A DNA stretch of 38,686 nucleotides from Vulcanimicrobiota bacterium (GCA_030038335.1 JASHPC010000049.1:1-38686), one strand, 5' to 3'; positions 24,557-34,006 are shown, counted from the stretch's first letter. The notes: generated by a model not told the origin, from the letters alone. Program-made: numbers and translations.

Positions 24557-25522
24557 GTGGAGGATGTCTTTCGCGCGCTCGTCGCTGCGGCGCGTCGCTC
24601 GAGCAGCGCAGTGCTGCGCGTGCTCGACGCCGCTGCCCGCGCCATCGAGCCTTCGATCGACGTAACGCTCTTCTTCGTCGTCGAGAACGAGCATCTGCTC
24701 TGCAAGCACTCGAGCGGAGCACGCGCTGTCGTCTACCGCGGCACGACTCTCGAACGCATAGGAGAGTCGCTTCCGGCTCGTGCTGCCGCCGCGCTTCACT
24801 CAATCTCTCTCGCTAAGGCGTTCGAGGGCATCGTGCCTGGCGATCGGTGCGCGGTTGCCGTCCCGGTACTCTGCGGTCGCGCCGTGCAGGGAGTTTGGTA
24901 CGGTTCCGGCGCGACCGTGACGAGGATGCCGAACGCGCGGAAGATAGCCGCGCTGGTCGCCTGCGCGGGCGAGACGTATTCCCTTGCGCTCGAACGCGAG
25001 AACGATCGGAACGAAGCGACGTTCGACAGCCTTACAGGTCTTCTCGCACCTCGCGCGTTCCGGCGGCGTCTACACGAGCTCGTCGAAGAGTCACGCGACG
25101 GCATACTCTCGCTCTGGTTCGTCGACACCGATCGCTTCAAGCGCATCAACGACGACTACGGGCACGAAGCGGGCGACGGCGTCCTGCGTCGCATGGCGGA
25201 TCTGCTGCGCGCTCACGCCGTGCCAGAACGAGACGTCGTCGGGCGTAAGGGCGGAGACGAGTTTTGCATGCTCTTGCGCGGTTCGCAGAAGACGCAGGCC
25301 ATCGAACGTGCTCGAGCGTTCTGCGCGGCGGTGAGAGCATGCGAGTTCGGCGTCGCGCAGCATCCGACGGCGAGCGTCGGGATCGCGTCGTTTCCCTTCG
25401 ACGCGAGCGATGCGGCGTCGCTCCTGGAGGCGGCCGACGCCGCCATGTATCACGCAAAACGGTCGGGGCGAGACCGTGTCGCGTATGCGGTCGAAGGCGC
25501 CGGCTTTGCTCTCTATGAATAG
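24557..25522 (+). CDS. Cytoplasmic GAF-like sensor / GGDEF diguanylate cyclase
   Basis: The C-terminal domain reads DSLTGLLAPRAF..DTDRFKRINDDYGHEAGDGVL..GRKGGDEFCMLL..AMYHAKRSGRDR with an intact GGDEF. The RxxD I-site position reads PERD, so the I-site is absent. The N-terminal ~150 aa are GAF-like. Confidence 0.88.
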   Translation: MEDVFRALVAAARRSSSAVLRVLDAAARAIEPSIDVTLFFVVENEHLLCKHSSGARAVVYRGTTLERIGESLPARAAAALHSISLAKAFEGIVPGDRCAVAVPVLCGRAVQGVWYGSGATVTRMPNARKIAALVACAGETYSLALERENDRNEATFDSLTGLLAPRAFRRRLHELVEESRDGILSLWFVDTDRFKRINDDYGHEAGDGVLRRMADLLRAHAVPERDVVGRKGGDEFCMLLRGSQKTQAIERARAFCAAVRACEFGVAQHPTASVGIASFPFDASDAASLLEAADAAMYHAKRSGRDRVAYAVEGAGFALYE

Positions 25523-25530
25523 AGCGAGAG

Positions 25531-26727
25531 ATGCTCCCATACGTTGCGTACGCTGCGGTCGATGCGCTCAATCGCCACGTCGACGCGCTGCACTCGTCGC
25601 AGTTGCTCGCGCGCTCGCTCGCATCGCTCGTCGACTCGGATCGGCAAGCGGCGGCCGGACGGCTGATATCGCTCGACGTTCCAGGATGGCTCGCCTCCAT
25701 CTTCGCACAGGCGATAGCGCTCTTTTACTTCTGGCGCTTGGGCTCGGCAGCACGCTGGCGCGACGCGTTACGAAGACGCTTAGCGTCGGAGACGGTGGCA
25801 CGCTTTGCCTTCGGCGCGACGCTTGCCGTCATCGCGAGGGCCGCGACCCTCATTCCATCCTTTTATCTCTGGCGCGTCGACCGCGTCATGGGACTCTCGC
25901 ACGCGCTGACGCGCGTCTGGATCCTCGAATACGTCCTCGGAACGATTCTTGGCATGCTCGTCGCGGGCTGCATCGTCACGGTCGTGCTCTGGCTCGTCGA
26001 TCGCACGCATCAATGGTACGTCTACACGATTGCGGGAATTCTTGCCGTCTCGCTCGTCGGCACGCTCGTCTACCCGTACGTCGTTGCACCACTCTTCGAG
26101 CGGTACGTCCCGCTGCGCGGACCTCTGGGCGTCGAAGCGCGCGCATTTGCTGCACGACAGGGATATCCCGCGATTCCGATTCTCGTCGAGCACCGCGCCG
26201 ACCGCATCTCCGTCGATCCGGCAAAGACGCAGGGCATGGGATTCACCCAGCGCATCGTTATCTCCGGGACGCTCGTTCCGGTGTCGACCGCCGGCGAGAT
26301 CGATTACTACGTCGCGTCTGAGGTAGCGTCTCTCGATGCGCACGATCCGCTGAATCTCGCGCTCATCGATGCGGCGATCGTGATCGTCGGCACCGCTCTC
26401 GCCGTCTTCATTGCCGACCGCGTGCGTTTTCGACGTGACGACGATCCCATCTCGCGTACGACGCTTGTCGGAGCTCTACTCGCGCTCATCTACGTTCCCG
26501 CCGTCATCGTCGATCACGGTGTCGCAAGCGCGCTCCAGCTGCGAGCCGCGACTGCAGCCGTCGCGATGACCGGGGATCGCGCCTCCGCGGTCCGTGCGCT
26601 CGTCCGCATCGGCGACGAGCAAGTGGAAGAGGCGTGCCCGAGTGGAATCGGCCGAACGTTGCTCTATCGCTCGCCGCCGCTCGGCTCCGACGCGCGCGCG
26701 ATAGGAAGCGAGAGCGGCTGCCTCTAG
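25531..26727 (+). CDS. Polytopic M48/Ste24-like membrane protein lacking the HExxH zinc site (probable pseudopeptidase)
   Basis: Collinear with the Ste24/HtpX-type pattern: APLFERYVPL (vs PLFNKFTPL), GYPAIPILVEH...GFTQRIVISGTL (vs GFP..vyv.DgSkRs..NAYF.G..KRIVLfDTL), then VASEVAS where AHE[IL]GH is expected. There is no HExxH anywhere in the 398 aa. Confidence 0.65.
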   Translation: MLPYVAYAAVDALNRHVDALHSSQLLARSLASLVDSDRQAAAGRLISLDVPGWLASIFAQAIALFYFWRLGSAARWRDALRRRLASETVARFAFGATLAVIARAATLIPSFYLWRVDRVMGLSHALTRVWILEYVLGTILGMLVAGCIVTVVLWLVDRTHQWYVYTIAGILAVSLVGTLVYPYVVAPLFERYVPLRGPLGVEARAFAARQGYPAIPILVEHRADRISVDPAKTQGMGFTQRIVISGTLVPVSTAGEIDYYVASEVASLDAHDPLNLALIDAAIVIVGTALAVFIADRVRFRRDDDPISRTTLVGALLALIYVPAVIVDHGVASALQLRAATAAVAMTGDRASAVRALVRIGDEQVEEACPSGIGRTLLYRSPPLGSDARAIGSESGCL

Positions 26728-27305
26728 CCCGGCGCGCGCTGCCAGGTATTTGCGAAACGCATCAGCGCGTCGTCGCCTTCCTCGAGCCAGATGCAGACTG
26801 CGTCGGCGGCGGCATCGACGATCGCCGGAAGCGCCTCGCGTTCGGCTGCGTCGAACTGGGCGAGCACGTGCTCGACGGCGTCGTCTTCCGGTCGTCCGAT
26901 GCCGATGCGAAGGCGAGGAAAGTGATCGCCGATCGTTGCGATGATCGAGCGAAGGCCGTTATGCCCGCCGTGCCCGCCGAACGGCCGCGCCCGCAACGTT
27001 CCGAACGACAAGTCGATGTCGTCTGCAACGACGAGCACGCCCTCGGGCGGCGTGCGGTACCATGACGAGATCAAGCGCACCGGCGTGCCGCTCAAGTTCA
27101 TGAACGACGTCGGCTCGACGAGCACGACGCCGCGAGCCGAGTCGTAGGCTTGACGCGCGGAGTCTTTGCTCTTCCACCTCTCGACGTGAAAACGCGTCGC
27201 GACGTCGTCGACGACCATGAATCCGAGGTTGTGCCGCGTGCGTTCGTACTCACGACCCGGATTTCCGAGGCCGACGACGAGCCGGGGTGCCTCGCGCGCC
27301 GGCAC
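26724..27305 (-). CDS. pth: Peptidyl-tRNA hydrolase
   Basis: LVVGLGNPGREYERTRHNLGFMVVD, GGHGGHNGLRSI. Confidence 0.95.
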   Translation of the reverse strand: MPAREAPRLVVGLGNPGREYERTRHNLGFMVVDDVATRFHVERWKSKDSARQAYDSARGVVLVEPTSFMNLSGTPVRLISSWYRTPPEGVLVVADDIDLSFGTLRARPFGGHGGHNGLRSIIATIGDHFPRLRIGIGRPEDDAVEHVLAQFDAAEREALPAIVDAAADAVCIWLEEGDDALMRFANTWQRAPG

Positions 27306-27308
27306 CCG

Positions 27309-27971
27309 CTACGGAGCGCTCTCGGCTTCGGGTTTCTCTTTCTCGCCGATGACTTCGGGCTGTGCCTCTTCGAGCGTCGGCGCCGCAGCTTCTTCGAGTT
27401 GGTGCGCCGTCTTCGACGGCTCGATTGCGATGATGACCGTATCGGTGGACGTCACGAGCGCAAAGCCCTTCGGAAGCAATGCGTCGCCGGCAACGGCGTG
27501 CTCGTGAATGCCGAGCTCGGTGACGTCGATTTCGATCTGAGACGGTAGCGCGTTCGCGGGTCCTTCGATCTCGATTTCATGAACGAGCACGTCCATGACG
27601 CCGCCGAAGTCGCGAACGCCGCGAGCGGAGCCCGTTGCGACGACGGGAACGCGCGCGCGCACGCTCTCGTTTGCCGAAACGCGCAGCAGATCGGCATGAA
27701 TGATTCGCCGCGAAACGGGGTCGCGCTGAATCTCACGCACGAGCGCAGTGTCCTTCATCTTGCCGTCATCGGTGAGCGTGATCATGCCGGTACGGCCGCC
27801 GTGAAGGAGGAGGTCCTCGAAGGCGCGCAGCTCCACCGCGAAGCTCTCAGGAACGCTGCCGTGCCCGTAGAGCACGAGCGGGACCTTTCCGTTCGCGCGC
27901 AACGCGCGTGCCGAACTCGTGCCGCTCTCGGCGCGTCGTTCGACGTGAAGCTGCAAGTCTTTGGTTGCCAC
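27309..27971 (-). CDS. ctc: 50S ribosomal protein L25 / general stress protein Ctc
   Basis: ERRAESGTSSARALRANGKVPLVLYGHG... plus the long Ctc-type C-terminal domain and an acidic tail. The GTG start has a GGAGA SD. Confidence 0.9.
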   Translation of the reverse strand: MATKDLQLHVERRAESGTSSARALRANGKVPLVLYGHGSVPESFAVELRAFEDLLLHGGRTGMITLTDDGKMKDTALVREIQRDPVSRRIIHADLLRVSANESVRARVPVVATGSARGVRDFGGVMDVLVHEIEIEGPANALPSQIEIDVTELGIHEHAVAGDALLPKGFALVTSTDTVIIAIEPSKTAHQLEEAAAPTLEEAQPEVIGEKEKPEAESAP

Positions 27972-27995
27972 AAAAAAATCTCCGGTGAGTGGTGT

Positions 27996-29006
27996 TTAAC
28001 CGACGACGGCCGGTTTCGGTGGTGTCGGAAGATCCGAAGGCGTATTATCGTCGCCGAAGAGTTCGGAGACGGAGCGATTCGTCGTAATACGCGAGATCGC
28101 GTCGGCAAACGTCTGCGCGATCGAGAGCTGCACGAACTTCGGGTGTTCGACGACGTCGCCGAACGGAATCGTGTTCGTGACGACGATCCGTTCGATCGTC
28201 GAGTTCTCGAGTACGTCGATCGCTTCGCCCGCGAAGATGCCGTGGGTCGCAACGGTGAGAACGCGTGTCGCACCGCGCTGCCGGATCGCCTGCGCTGCCT
28301 TGCCGAGCGTTCCCCCCGTCGAAATCATGTCGTCGACGATGATCGCGGCGCGGCCGTCGACGTCGCCGACGATCTCGGCAACCTCGTTGACGTCGGGCTC
28401 GGGGCGCCGCTTGAAAACGATGGCGAGCGTGCTGTTCAAGCGTTTTGCGTACAGCTCGGCGCGGTGCACGCCTCCGGCGTCCGGCGAGACGACGACGATG
28501 TTGTCGTCGCAGAGGCCTTCTTTCTTCAGGTAGTTGCAGAGCGTCGGCATCGCCATCAGATTGTCGACGGGAATGTCGAAAAAACCCTGGATCTGTGCTG
28601 CGTGGAGGTCCATCGTGACGATCCGCTTCGCGCCAGTGACCTTGAGGATATTCGCCATCACCTTGGCAGAGATCGGCTCGCGGCCTTTCGTTTTCTTGTC
28701 TTGCTTGGCATAGCCGTAGTAAGGGATGACAGCCGTGATTCGAGACGCTGAGGCACGACGCAAGGCGTCGATCATCAAGAGGAGCTCCATGACGGCGTCG
28801 TTGACACCGTTCCCGTTGGGAGCCTTGCAGATCGACTGAACGACGAAAACTTCCGAGCCCCGAACGTTTTCTTGAATCTCGATGCGCGTCTCTTCGTTTT
28901 TGAACTTCGTGACGAGCGCTTTGCCCAGGCTCACCTTCAGACGTTTTGCAACCTCCTCGGCAAGCGGGCGATTCGAACTGCCGCTGAAAACGAGTGGGCC
29001 GCTCAT
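27996..29006 (-). CDS. prs: Ribose-phosphate pyrophosphokinase
   Basis: LVFSGSSNRPLAEEVAKRL, EVFVVQS, ITAVIPYYGYAKQDKK, VVSPDAGGV, IIVDDMISTGGTL. I chose ATG 29006 (GGAGAG SD 5 nt upstream) over track GTG 29021. Confidence 0.93.
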   Translation of the reverse strand: MSGPLVFSGSSNRPLAEEVAKRLKVSLGKALVTKFKNEETRIEIQENVRGSEVFVVQSICKAPNGNGVNDAVMELLLMIDALRRASASRITAVIPYYGYAKQDKKTKGREPISAKVMANILKVTGAKRIVTMDLHAAQIQGFFDIPVDNLMAMPTLCNYLKKEGLCDDNIVVVSPDAGGVHRAELYAKRLNSTLAIVFKRRPEPDVNEVAEIVGDVDGRAAIIVDDMISTGGTLGKAAQAIRQRGATRVLTVATHGIFAGEAIDVLENSTIERIVVTNTIPFGDVVEHPKFVQLSIAQTFADAISRITTNRSVSELFGDDNTPSDLPTPPKPAVVG

Positions 29007-29085
29007 GAGGTCTCTCCGCACGACATACGACCCCCCAGGGTTCGGTCCCGAGCACGGCGCACCTTGCTAAGGAAGGTTCTCGCTC

Positions 29086-31140
29086 ATGCCCCGTTTTGAA
29101 CTCATCGCGCCGCACGCGCTCGCCGGCGACCAGCCCAAAGCGACCGACGCGCTCGCCGCCGGAGTGTTGCGGGACGATCGCGCGCAGACGCTTTTGGGCG
29201 TCACTGGCAGCGGAAAGACGCTCGCGATGGCGCGCGTCGTCGAGCTCGTGCAAAAGCCGACGCTCGTGCTCTGCCACAACAAAACGCTCGCCGCGCAACT
29301 CTGCGCCGAGTTTCGCGACGTCTTTCCAAAGAACGCCGTCGAGTATTTCGTCTCGTATTTCGACTACTACCAGCCGGAGGCATACGTTCCGTCGACGGAT
29401 ACGTACATAGAAAAGGATAGCTCGATCAACGACGAGATCGAACGCTTGCGCCATTCAGCGACGCAGTCGATCATCACGCGGCCGGACACGCTCGTCGTTG
29501 CTTCTGTCTCGTGCATCTTCGGATTAGGCTCGCCGTCCGACTACATCGAGATGTCCGCTAAGGTGCGAGTCGGCGACGAAGTCGATCGCGACGCGCTGTT
29601 GCGCAAGCTCGTCGACATGCAGTACCGCCGGAACGACATCAATCTCGTGCGGGGAACGTTTCGCGTTCGCGGCGACGTGCTCGAGTTCGTCGCGGTCGAC
29701 GACGAGCTCGTCCATCGCGTCGAGTTCTTCGGCGACACGATCGAGGCAATCAACGTCGTGAACCTGCTTACCGGCGAGTACGTCGAAAGCAAGGAAGAGC
29801 TGACGATCTTTCCAGCGAAACACTTCATCACGCCGGACGAAAAGCTGCAACGCGCGATCGCGGCGATCGAAACGGAGCTCGACGAGCGGCTCGCGTACTT
29901 CCGAGCCCACGGCAAGCTGCTCGAAGCGCAGCGCCTGGAGCAGCGCACGCGTTATGACGTAACGATGCTGCGCGAAGTCGGTTACTGCAACGGCATCGAG
30001 AACTATTCGCGTCACCTTACGGGACGCGAAGCGGGGAGCACGCCGTGGTGCCTGCTCGACTTCTTCCCGAAGGACTGGTTGCTCTTCATCGACGAGTCGC
30101 ACGTGACCGTTCCACAAGTGCACGGCATGTACGCGGGGGACCATCAGCGCAAGTCGATCCTCGTCGAACACGGATTCCGCTTGCCGAGCGCTCTCGACAA
30201 TCGACCGCTCACGTTCGACGAGTTCGATCGTCACATCAAGAACGTCGTCTTCGTGTCGGCGACGCCAGGAACGTACGAGACGAACCGTTCTACGCAAGTC
30301 GTCGAAATGATCATTCGTCCAACGGGCCTCGTGGATCCCGAAGTGGAGGTGCGACCGACGCGAAATCAGGTGGACGATCTGATGGAGGAGATCCGCCAGC
30401 GTGTCGAGCGTAAGGAGCGCGTCCTCGTCACGACGCTCACGAAGAAGATGGCCGAGGACTTGGCGGACTTTCTCGTCGAGGTGGGACTGCGCGTTCGATA
30501 TCTCCACAGCGAGATCGACACCCTCGAGCGCATCGCCATCCTCCGAGATCTGCGTGCCGGAGTCTTCGACGTGCTTGTCGGCATCAACTTGCTGCGCGAA
30601 GGGCTCGATCTTCCCGAGGTCTCACTCGTGGGAATTCTCGACGCTGACAAGGAGGGGTATCTTCGCAGCGGGACGTCGCTCATTCAAACGATCGGCCGTG
30701 CGTCGCGGAACGTCGACGGCAAGGTCATCATGTACGCCGACAGCATTACGGGGTCGATGGCGAAGGCGATTGGCGAGACGCTCCGCAGGCGGGAGATGCA
30801 GCTCGCGTACAATCGGGAGCATGGTATCGAGCCACGCTCGATCCGTAAGGAGATTCGCGACATCCTGAGCATGGTGGGCGATCAGACGGCGACGCGCGAG
30901 CGCAAGCGCACGGAGAAAATTCCGCGTGAGATTGCGTTCAAGATGATGGCGGAACTGGAGCGTCGTATGCGCGAGCACGCGGCAAATCTCGAGTTCGAGC
31001 GCGCCGCCGCGCTTCGCGACGAGCTCTTGGAGCTACGCCGGCAAGTCGGCGGCAACGAGTCGCTGCTCCTTGGCGGAAAAGCGCCAAAGATCTTCGACCG
31101 GACTCTGGAAGAGATTACCTCTTTGTCATCCCGAGCGTAG
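29086..31140 (+). CDS. uvrB: Excinuclease ABC subunit B
   Basis: [14 protein letters not shown] (Walker A), [18 protein letters not shown], and the C-terminal UVR domain [12 protein letters not shown]. The last 5 codons (LSSRA) lie inside the palindromic repeat. Confidence 0.97.
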   Translation: MPRFELIAPHALAGDQPKATDALAAGVLRDDRAQTLLGVTGSGKTLAMARVVELVQKPTLVLCHNKTLAAQLCAEFRDVFPKNAVEYFVSYFDYYQPEAYVPSTDTYIEKDSSINDEIERLRHSATQSIITRPDTLVVASVSCIFGLGSPSDYIEMSAKVRVGDEVDRDALLRKLVDMQYRRNDINLVRGTFRVRGDVLEFVAVDDELVHRVEFFGDTIEAINVVNLLTGEYVESKEELTIFPAKHFITPDEKLQRAIAAIETELDERLAYFRAHGKLLEAQRLEQRTRYDVTMLREVGYCNGIENYSRHLTGREAGSTPWCLLDFFPKDWLLFIDESHVTVPQVHGMYAGDHQRKSILVEHGFRLPSALDNRPLTFDEFDRHIKNVVFVSATPGTYETNRSTQVVEMIIRPTGLVDPEVEVRPTRNQVDDLMEEIRQRVERKERVLVTTLTKKMAEDLADFLVEVGLRVRYLHSEIDTLERIAILRDLRAGVFDVLVGINLLREGLDLPEVSLVGILDADKEGYLRSGTSLIQTIGRASRNVDGKVIMYADSITGSMAKAIGETLRRREMQLAYNREHGIEPRSIRKEIRDILSMVGDQTATRERKRTEKIPREIAFKMMAELERRMREHAANLEFERAAALRDELLELRRQVGGNESLLLGGKAPKIFDRTLEEITSLSSRA

Positions 31141-31225
31141 CGAGCACGAAGTGCGAGCGAAGTCGAGGGAGCAAGGAAATGCGGTCCTTCGACTCCGCGC
31201 CTGCGGCGCTACGCTCGCAATGACA
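31124..31225. repeat. 102-nt REP/MITE-like imperfect palindromic element between convergent uvrB and the DD-peptidase gene
   Basis: Outer arms are TGTCATCCCGAGCGTAGCG (31124-31142) and CGCTACGCTCGCAATGACA (31207-31225), with 17/19 complementary. The inner stem pairs CGAAGTCGAGGGA (31158-31170) with TCCTTCGACTCCG (31185-31197). A partial copy (TTGTCATCCTGAGCG) is at 21681. Confidence 0.7.
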
Positions 31226-31230
31226 GTGAA

Positions 31231-32832
31231 TTACTCGTATAGATAGATTGCGTTTGCGATCGCGCCCAGAAGCTGGCCGAGATCGGTAACCCCGTCGACG
31301 TCGTGCCCGAACGCAATCGTGTTCACGTAGAGACAGAACGCGACGTGGCGGCCGCTGCGCGTCGTGACGTATCCGGCAAGGCCTTTGCTGAGCACGCTGC
31401 CGTTGTGGAGCATGTCGCCGATGCCCCACGTTCCCGTCTTCGCGTGCACGTGGCCGCGCGCCGGCGCGTGCGTCTGGATGCCCGCTAGGGTGCCGTCAAC
31501 GCCGAGAATTGGAAGCGCGCGATAGAAGTCTGCATACCATGGCTGCTGGCGTGTCCACGCTAGGTAGTGCACGATGAATGCCGGCGCAAAGTAGTCGGCA
31601 GCTCCCTCGCCATCGGATTGCGCCGCCTCGGAGAGATCGAGTCGGGCGCGCCGCAAGAACGCGGCCTCGACGTCGAAACCCGCCTGCAGTTGGTCGCGCG
31701 TTGCGTGCCCCGCGTAGACGCCGAGTAGATACGGCATCTCCGCCGCATGAAGATTGTCACTTACTTTCAGCGTTACTTTGACGTCTTCGCTTAACGGCGG
31801 CGAGACGTGCCGTGCAACGAGGTTCGCACCCGCATACGACGGGGCGTATGCGGCGCGATCGAACTCGGCAGCGTCGACGGGCGGATCGGAGATGGTGACG
31901 CCGGCATCGCGGAGTGCGAGCGCGAACGCGTCTTCGGCGAATCGCGGTGGGTTGGGAACGCGATACGCGTAGAGAATAGGCGGATCCGTCACTTTCACCG
32001 TGCCAGAGATCGTGACAACGCGTCCGCCGTGGCCGTCGTCGGCGTCGTTCATTACGATCGAATCATCGGTCGCCTTGGCCGCGGTTCTCGCTTCGTTGAC
32101 GAAGCGCGCATACGGCGTTTGCGGCGAGATCGAGACGATGCGCGCCGAATCGCCGGCGCTCGACCCGGGAGCGATGATGACGTCGACGACGTTGTCGTTG
32201 AGAATCATCGGATTAACGTCGGTTCCGGTTCCGCCTTCAGGCCCGCCGTCGGGAAAGAGCGATGCGTCGACGACGACGCGCCCGTCGACGCTGCGAATCC
32301 CATGCGCGGCAACCTGTCGGGCGAGGTCACGCAGGACGGCGAGCGGATCGCCCGGCACGGCCTTCGTCTCCGGCGAGCCGTCGTAGGCGTGGTCCTCGTT
32401 TTCGAACGCGAGGGTGCCGTCGGGCTGAATGCGCTGTGAGATGTCAGGATCGCCCGAAGCGACCAAAACCAGATCGCCGTGCAGCACGCCGCCTTCAATC
32501 GGGCCGGTGCGATAGACGGGCGTCGTGAAACGGAAGTTCGAGCCTAACACGCCTAGCGCCGTACCCTCAGTCAGCGTCTTCGTCGTCGACGCAGGCACGA
32601 AGAGCCGGTCCGCATTCAGTTGATAGAGCATCTGCTTGCGGTCCATGTCGTAGACGGCGATGCCGAAGAAGCCGTGCGCGTACCGAGGCTGGTCGACCAA
32701 GCGGGAAACTGCGGCGGAGAGCGCTCCTCCGTGAGGCCTGGCCGACGGGGCGGCCGCAAGCAAGAGAACGCCAAATGCCGACGCGGCGACAAAACGAAGA
32801 ATACGCATCTTGAGGCCGAAGTTAGCCTCCAT
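31231..32832 (-). CDS. dacB: D-alanyl-D-alanine carboxypeptidase/endopeptidase, PBP4 (S13) family
   Basis: SxxK = STTK (FVPASTTKTLT), SxN = SDN (KVSDNLHAAE), KTG (HAKTGTWG). Start chosen at ATG 32832 (MEANFGLKMRILRFVAASAFGVLLLAAAPSA; GGAGG 5 nt upstream). The track start 32913 would overlap the divergent gene. Confidence 0.88.
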   Translation of the reverse strand: MEANFGLKMRILRFVAASAFGVLLLAAAPSARPHGGALSAAVSRLVDQPRYAHGFFGIAVYDMDRKQMLYQLNADRLFVPASTTKTLTEGTALGVLGSNFRFTTPVYRTGPIEGGVLHGDLVLVASGDPDISQRIQPDGTLAFENEDHAYDGSPETKAVPGDPLAVLRDLARQVAAHGIRSVDGRVVVDASLFPDGGPEGGTGTDVNPMILNDNVVDVIIAPGSSAGDSARIVSISPQTPYARFVNEARTAAKATDDSIVMNDADDGHGGRVVTISGTVKVTDPPILYAYRVPNPPRFAEDAFALALRDAGVTISDPPVDAAEFDRAAYAPSYAGANLVARHVSPPLSEDVKVTLKVSDNLHAAEMPYLLGVYAGHATRDQLQAGFDVEAAFLRRARLDLSEAAQSDGEGAADYFAPAFIVHYLAWTRQQPWYADFYRALPILGVDGTLAGIQTHAPARGHVHAKTGTWGIGDMLHNGSVLSKGLAGYVTTRSGRHVAFCLYVNTIAFGHDVDGVTDLGQLLGAIANAIYLYE

Positions 32833-33229
32833 GTTCGCCTCCGTCCTGCTCGCTGCCGCCATCGCAAACGCTCCTACTCCTGCCGCAACGCGCGGTCCGG
32901 TGCCTTCTCCCAATCCTGCCGTCGATGCGCGCGCTCGCGAGTGGTTTCATCGCTTGCAGACGAACCGGATCGACGAGTCGCAACTCGATGAACAAGCGGC
33001 GACGCCGCTGAACTCCGACGTGCGGCTCATCATCTCGACGGACTGGAGCGCACTGGGCAACCCGATTTCGTTTGACGAAGTGCACGTCACGGCGCCGACG
33101 TCCACGAATCCGAACTGGGTCTACGTCTATCGCGTCGGTTTCCTCAACGACGTCGCGCTCGACTTCTTTTTCGGAATCGATCCGTCTGGGAAGATCAGCG
33201 GAATGCGTCTCGCTCCAGAACAGTATTAG
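32831..33229 (+). CDS. Small secreted hypothetical protein (about 132 aa)
   Basis: Signal peptide MFASVLLAAAIANAPTPAA, then a non-biased sequence (..REWFHRLQTNRIDESQLDE..NWVYVYRVGFLNDVALDFFFGIDPSGKISGMRL). I recognise no family. TTG 32810 is an alternative start. Confidence 0.5.
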   Translation: MFASVLLAAAIANAPTPAATRGPVPSPNPAVDARAREWFHRLQTNRIDESQLDEQAATPLNSDVRLIISTDWSALGNPISFDEVHVTAPTSTNPNWVYVYRVGFLNDVALDFFFGIDPSGKISGMRLAPEQY

Positions 33230-33245
33230 CGCCGGACTCGATGCC

Positions 33246-33992
33246 GTGACGCCACGCCGAATCGAGGCCGTACTGTTCGACCTCGACGACACGTTGCACG
33301 ACGACACGAAGGCGTACCGCAGCGCGGCTGCTCGCGTTGCGCGCGAGACCGCTGCTAAACGGGGCATCTCGGCGGAAGCGCTTCAAGCCGCGTACGTCGC
33401 TGAAGCCGAGGGTTTTTGGCATCGCATCACGCCGGCGGATCTCTCCGTACGCCTGACGCGAGTGCGCAGAGATCTGTGGGCGCGAGCGCTCGCACGACTC
33501 GGCATCGACGACGACGCACTCGCGGAGGAATGCGCGAGTGCGTACGACGCGTATAGGCGCGAGAACTTCGAGCTTTTTCCCGGGGCTCTCGAACTCTTGC
33601 GCTCGCTGCGTCTTCAAGGGAAGCGCATCGGTTTGGTGACGAACGGCTTCGCGGAGACGCACCACGAGAAGATCACGCTTCTGAAGATCCGGGACGTTCT
33701 CGACGCGATATTTCTCGCCGATGAAGTTGGAATGCTCAAACCTGACCCGCAGCTCTTCGCGCACGCGTGCCAAACGCTCGGCGTGGCCCCGCGCAACACC
33801 GCCATGGTCGGCGACCGGTACGAGCGAGACATCCGCGGTGCCATCGAAGCCGGCCTTTTCACGATCTGGGTCAACGTGCGCTCGGAGGAGCTGCCAGCCG
33901 GTGCTCCTCCGCCCGACGCGACCTGCGCCTCCATCGAAGGCGTCAGCGCGATCCTGAAGGGCGCATCCGAGAGCGTCGCCCGCGGTTCATAG
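33246..33992 (+). CDS. HAD-superfamily hydrolase, subfamily IA
   Basis: Motif I is [10 protein letters not shown]. Also LVTNG, KPDP and VGDRYERDI (motif IV). The start is placed at GTG 33246. The track's upstream extension overlaps the preceding gene. Confidence 0.8.
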   Translation: MTPRRIEAVLFDLDDTLHDDTKAYRSAAARVARETAAKRGISAEALQAAYVAEAEGFWHRITPADLSVRLTRVRRDLWARALARLGIDDDALAEECASAYDAYRRENFELFPGALELLRSLRLQGKRIGLVTNGFAETHHEKITLLKIRDVLDAIFLADEVGMLKPDPQLFAHACQTLGVAPRNTAMVGDRYERDIRGAIEAGLFTIWVNVRSEELPAGAPPPDATCASIEGVSAILKGASESVARGS

Positions 33993-34006
33993 AAGCGGAC
34001 CGTCTC

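Noticed and set aside
29022-29085. SOS (LexA) operator upstream of uvrB. I looked for CTGT-N8-ACAG and Cheo-box GAAC-N4-GTTC types.
   Set aside because: The closest string is GTTCGGTCCCGAGC, which has the wrong symmetry and spacing. No convincing palindrome is present.
33767-34006. Track N-terminal extensions: uvrA from 33767, the HAD gene from 33072, the serine hydrolase from 18838, the PBP4 gene from 32913, the NUDIX gene from TTG 4333 and prs from GTG 29021.
   Set aside because: The extensions overlap neighbouring real genes, are compositionally biased, and precede internal starts that have SD sequences and family-typical N-termini.
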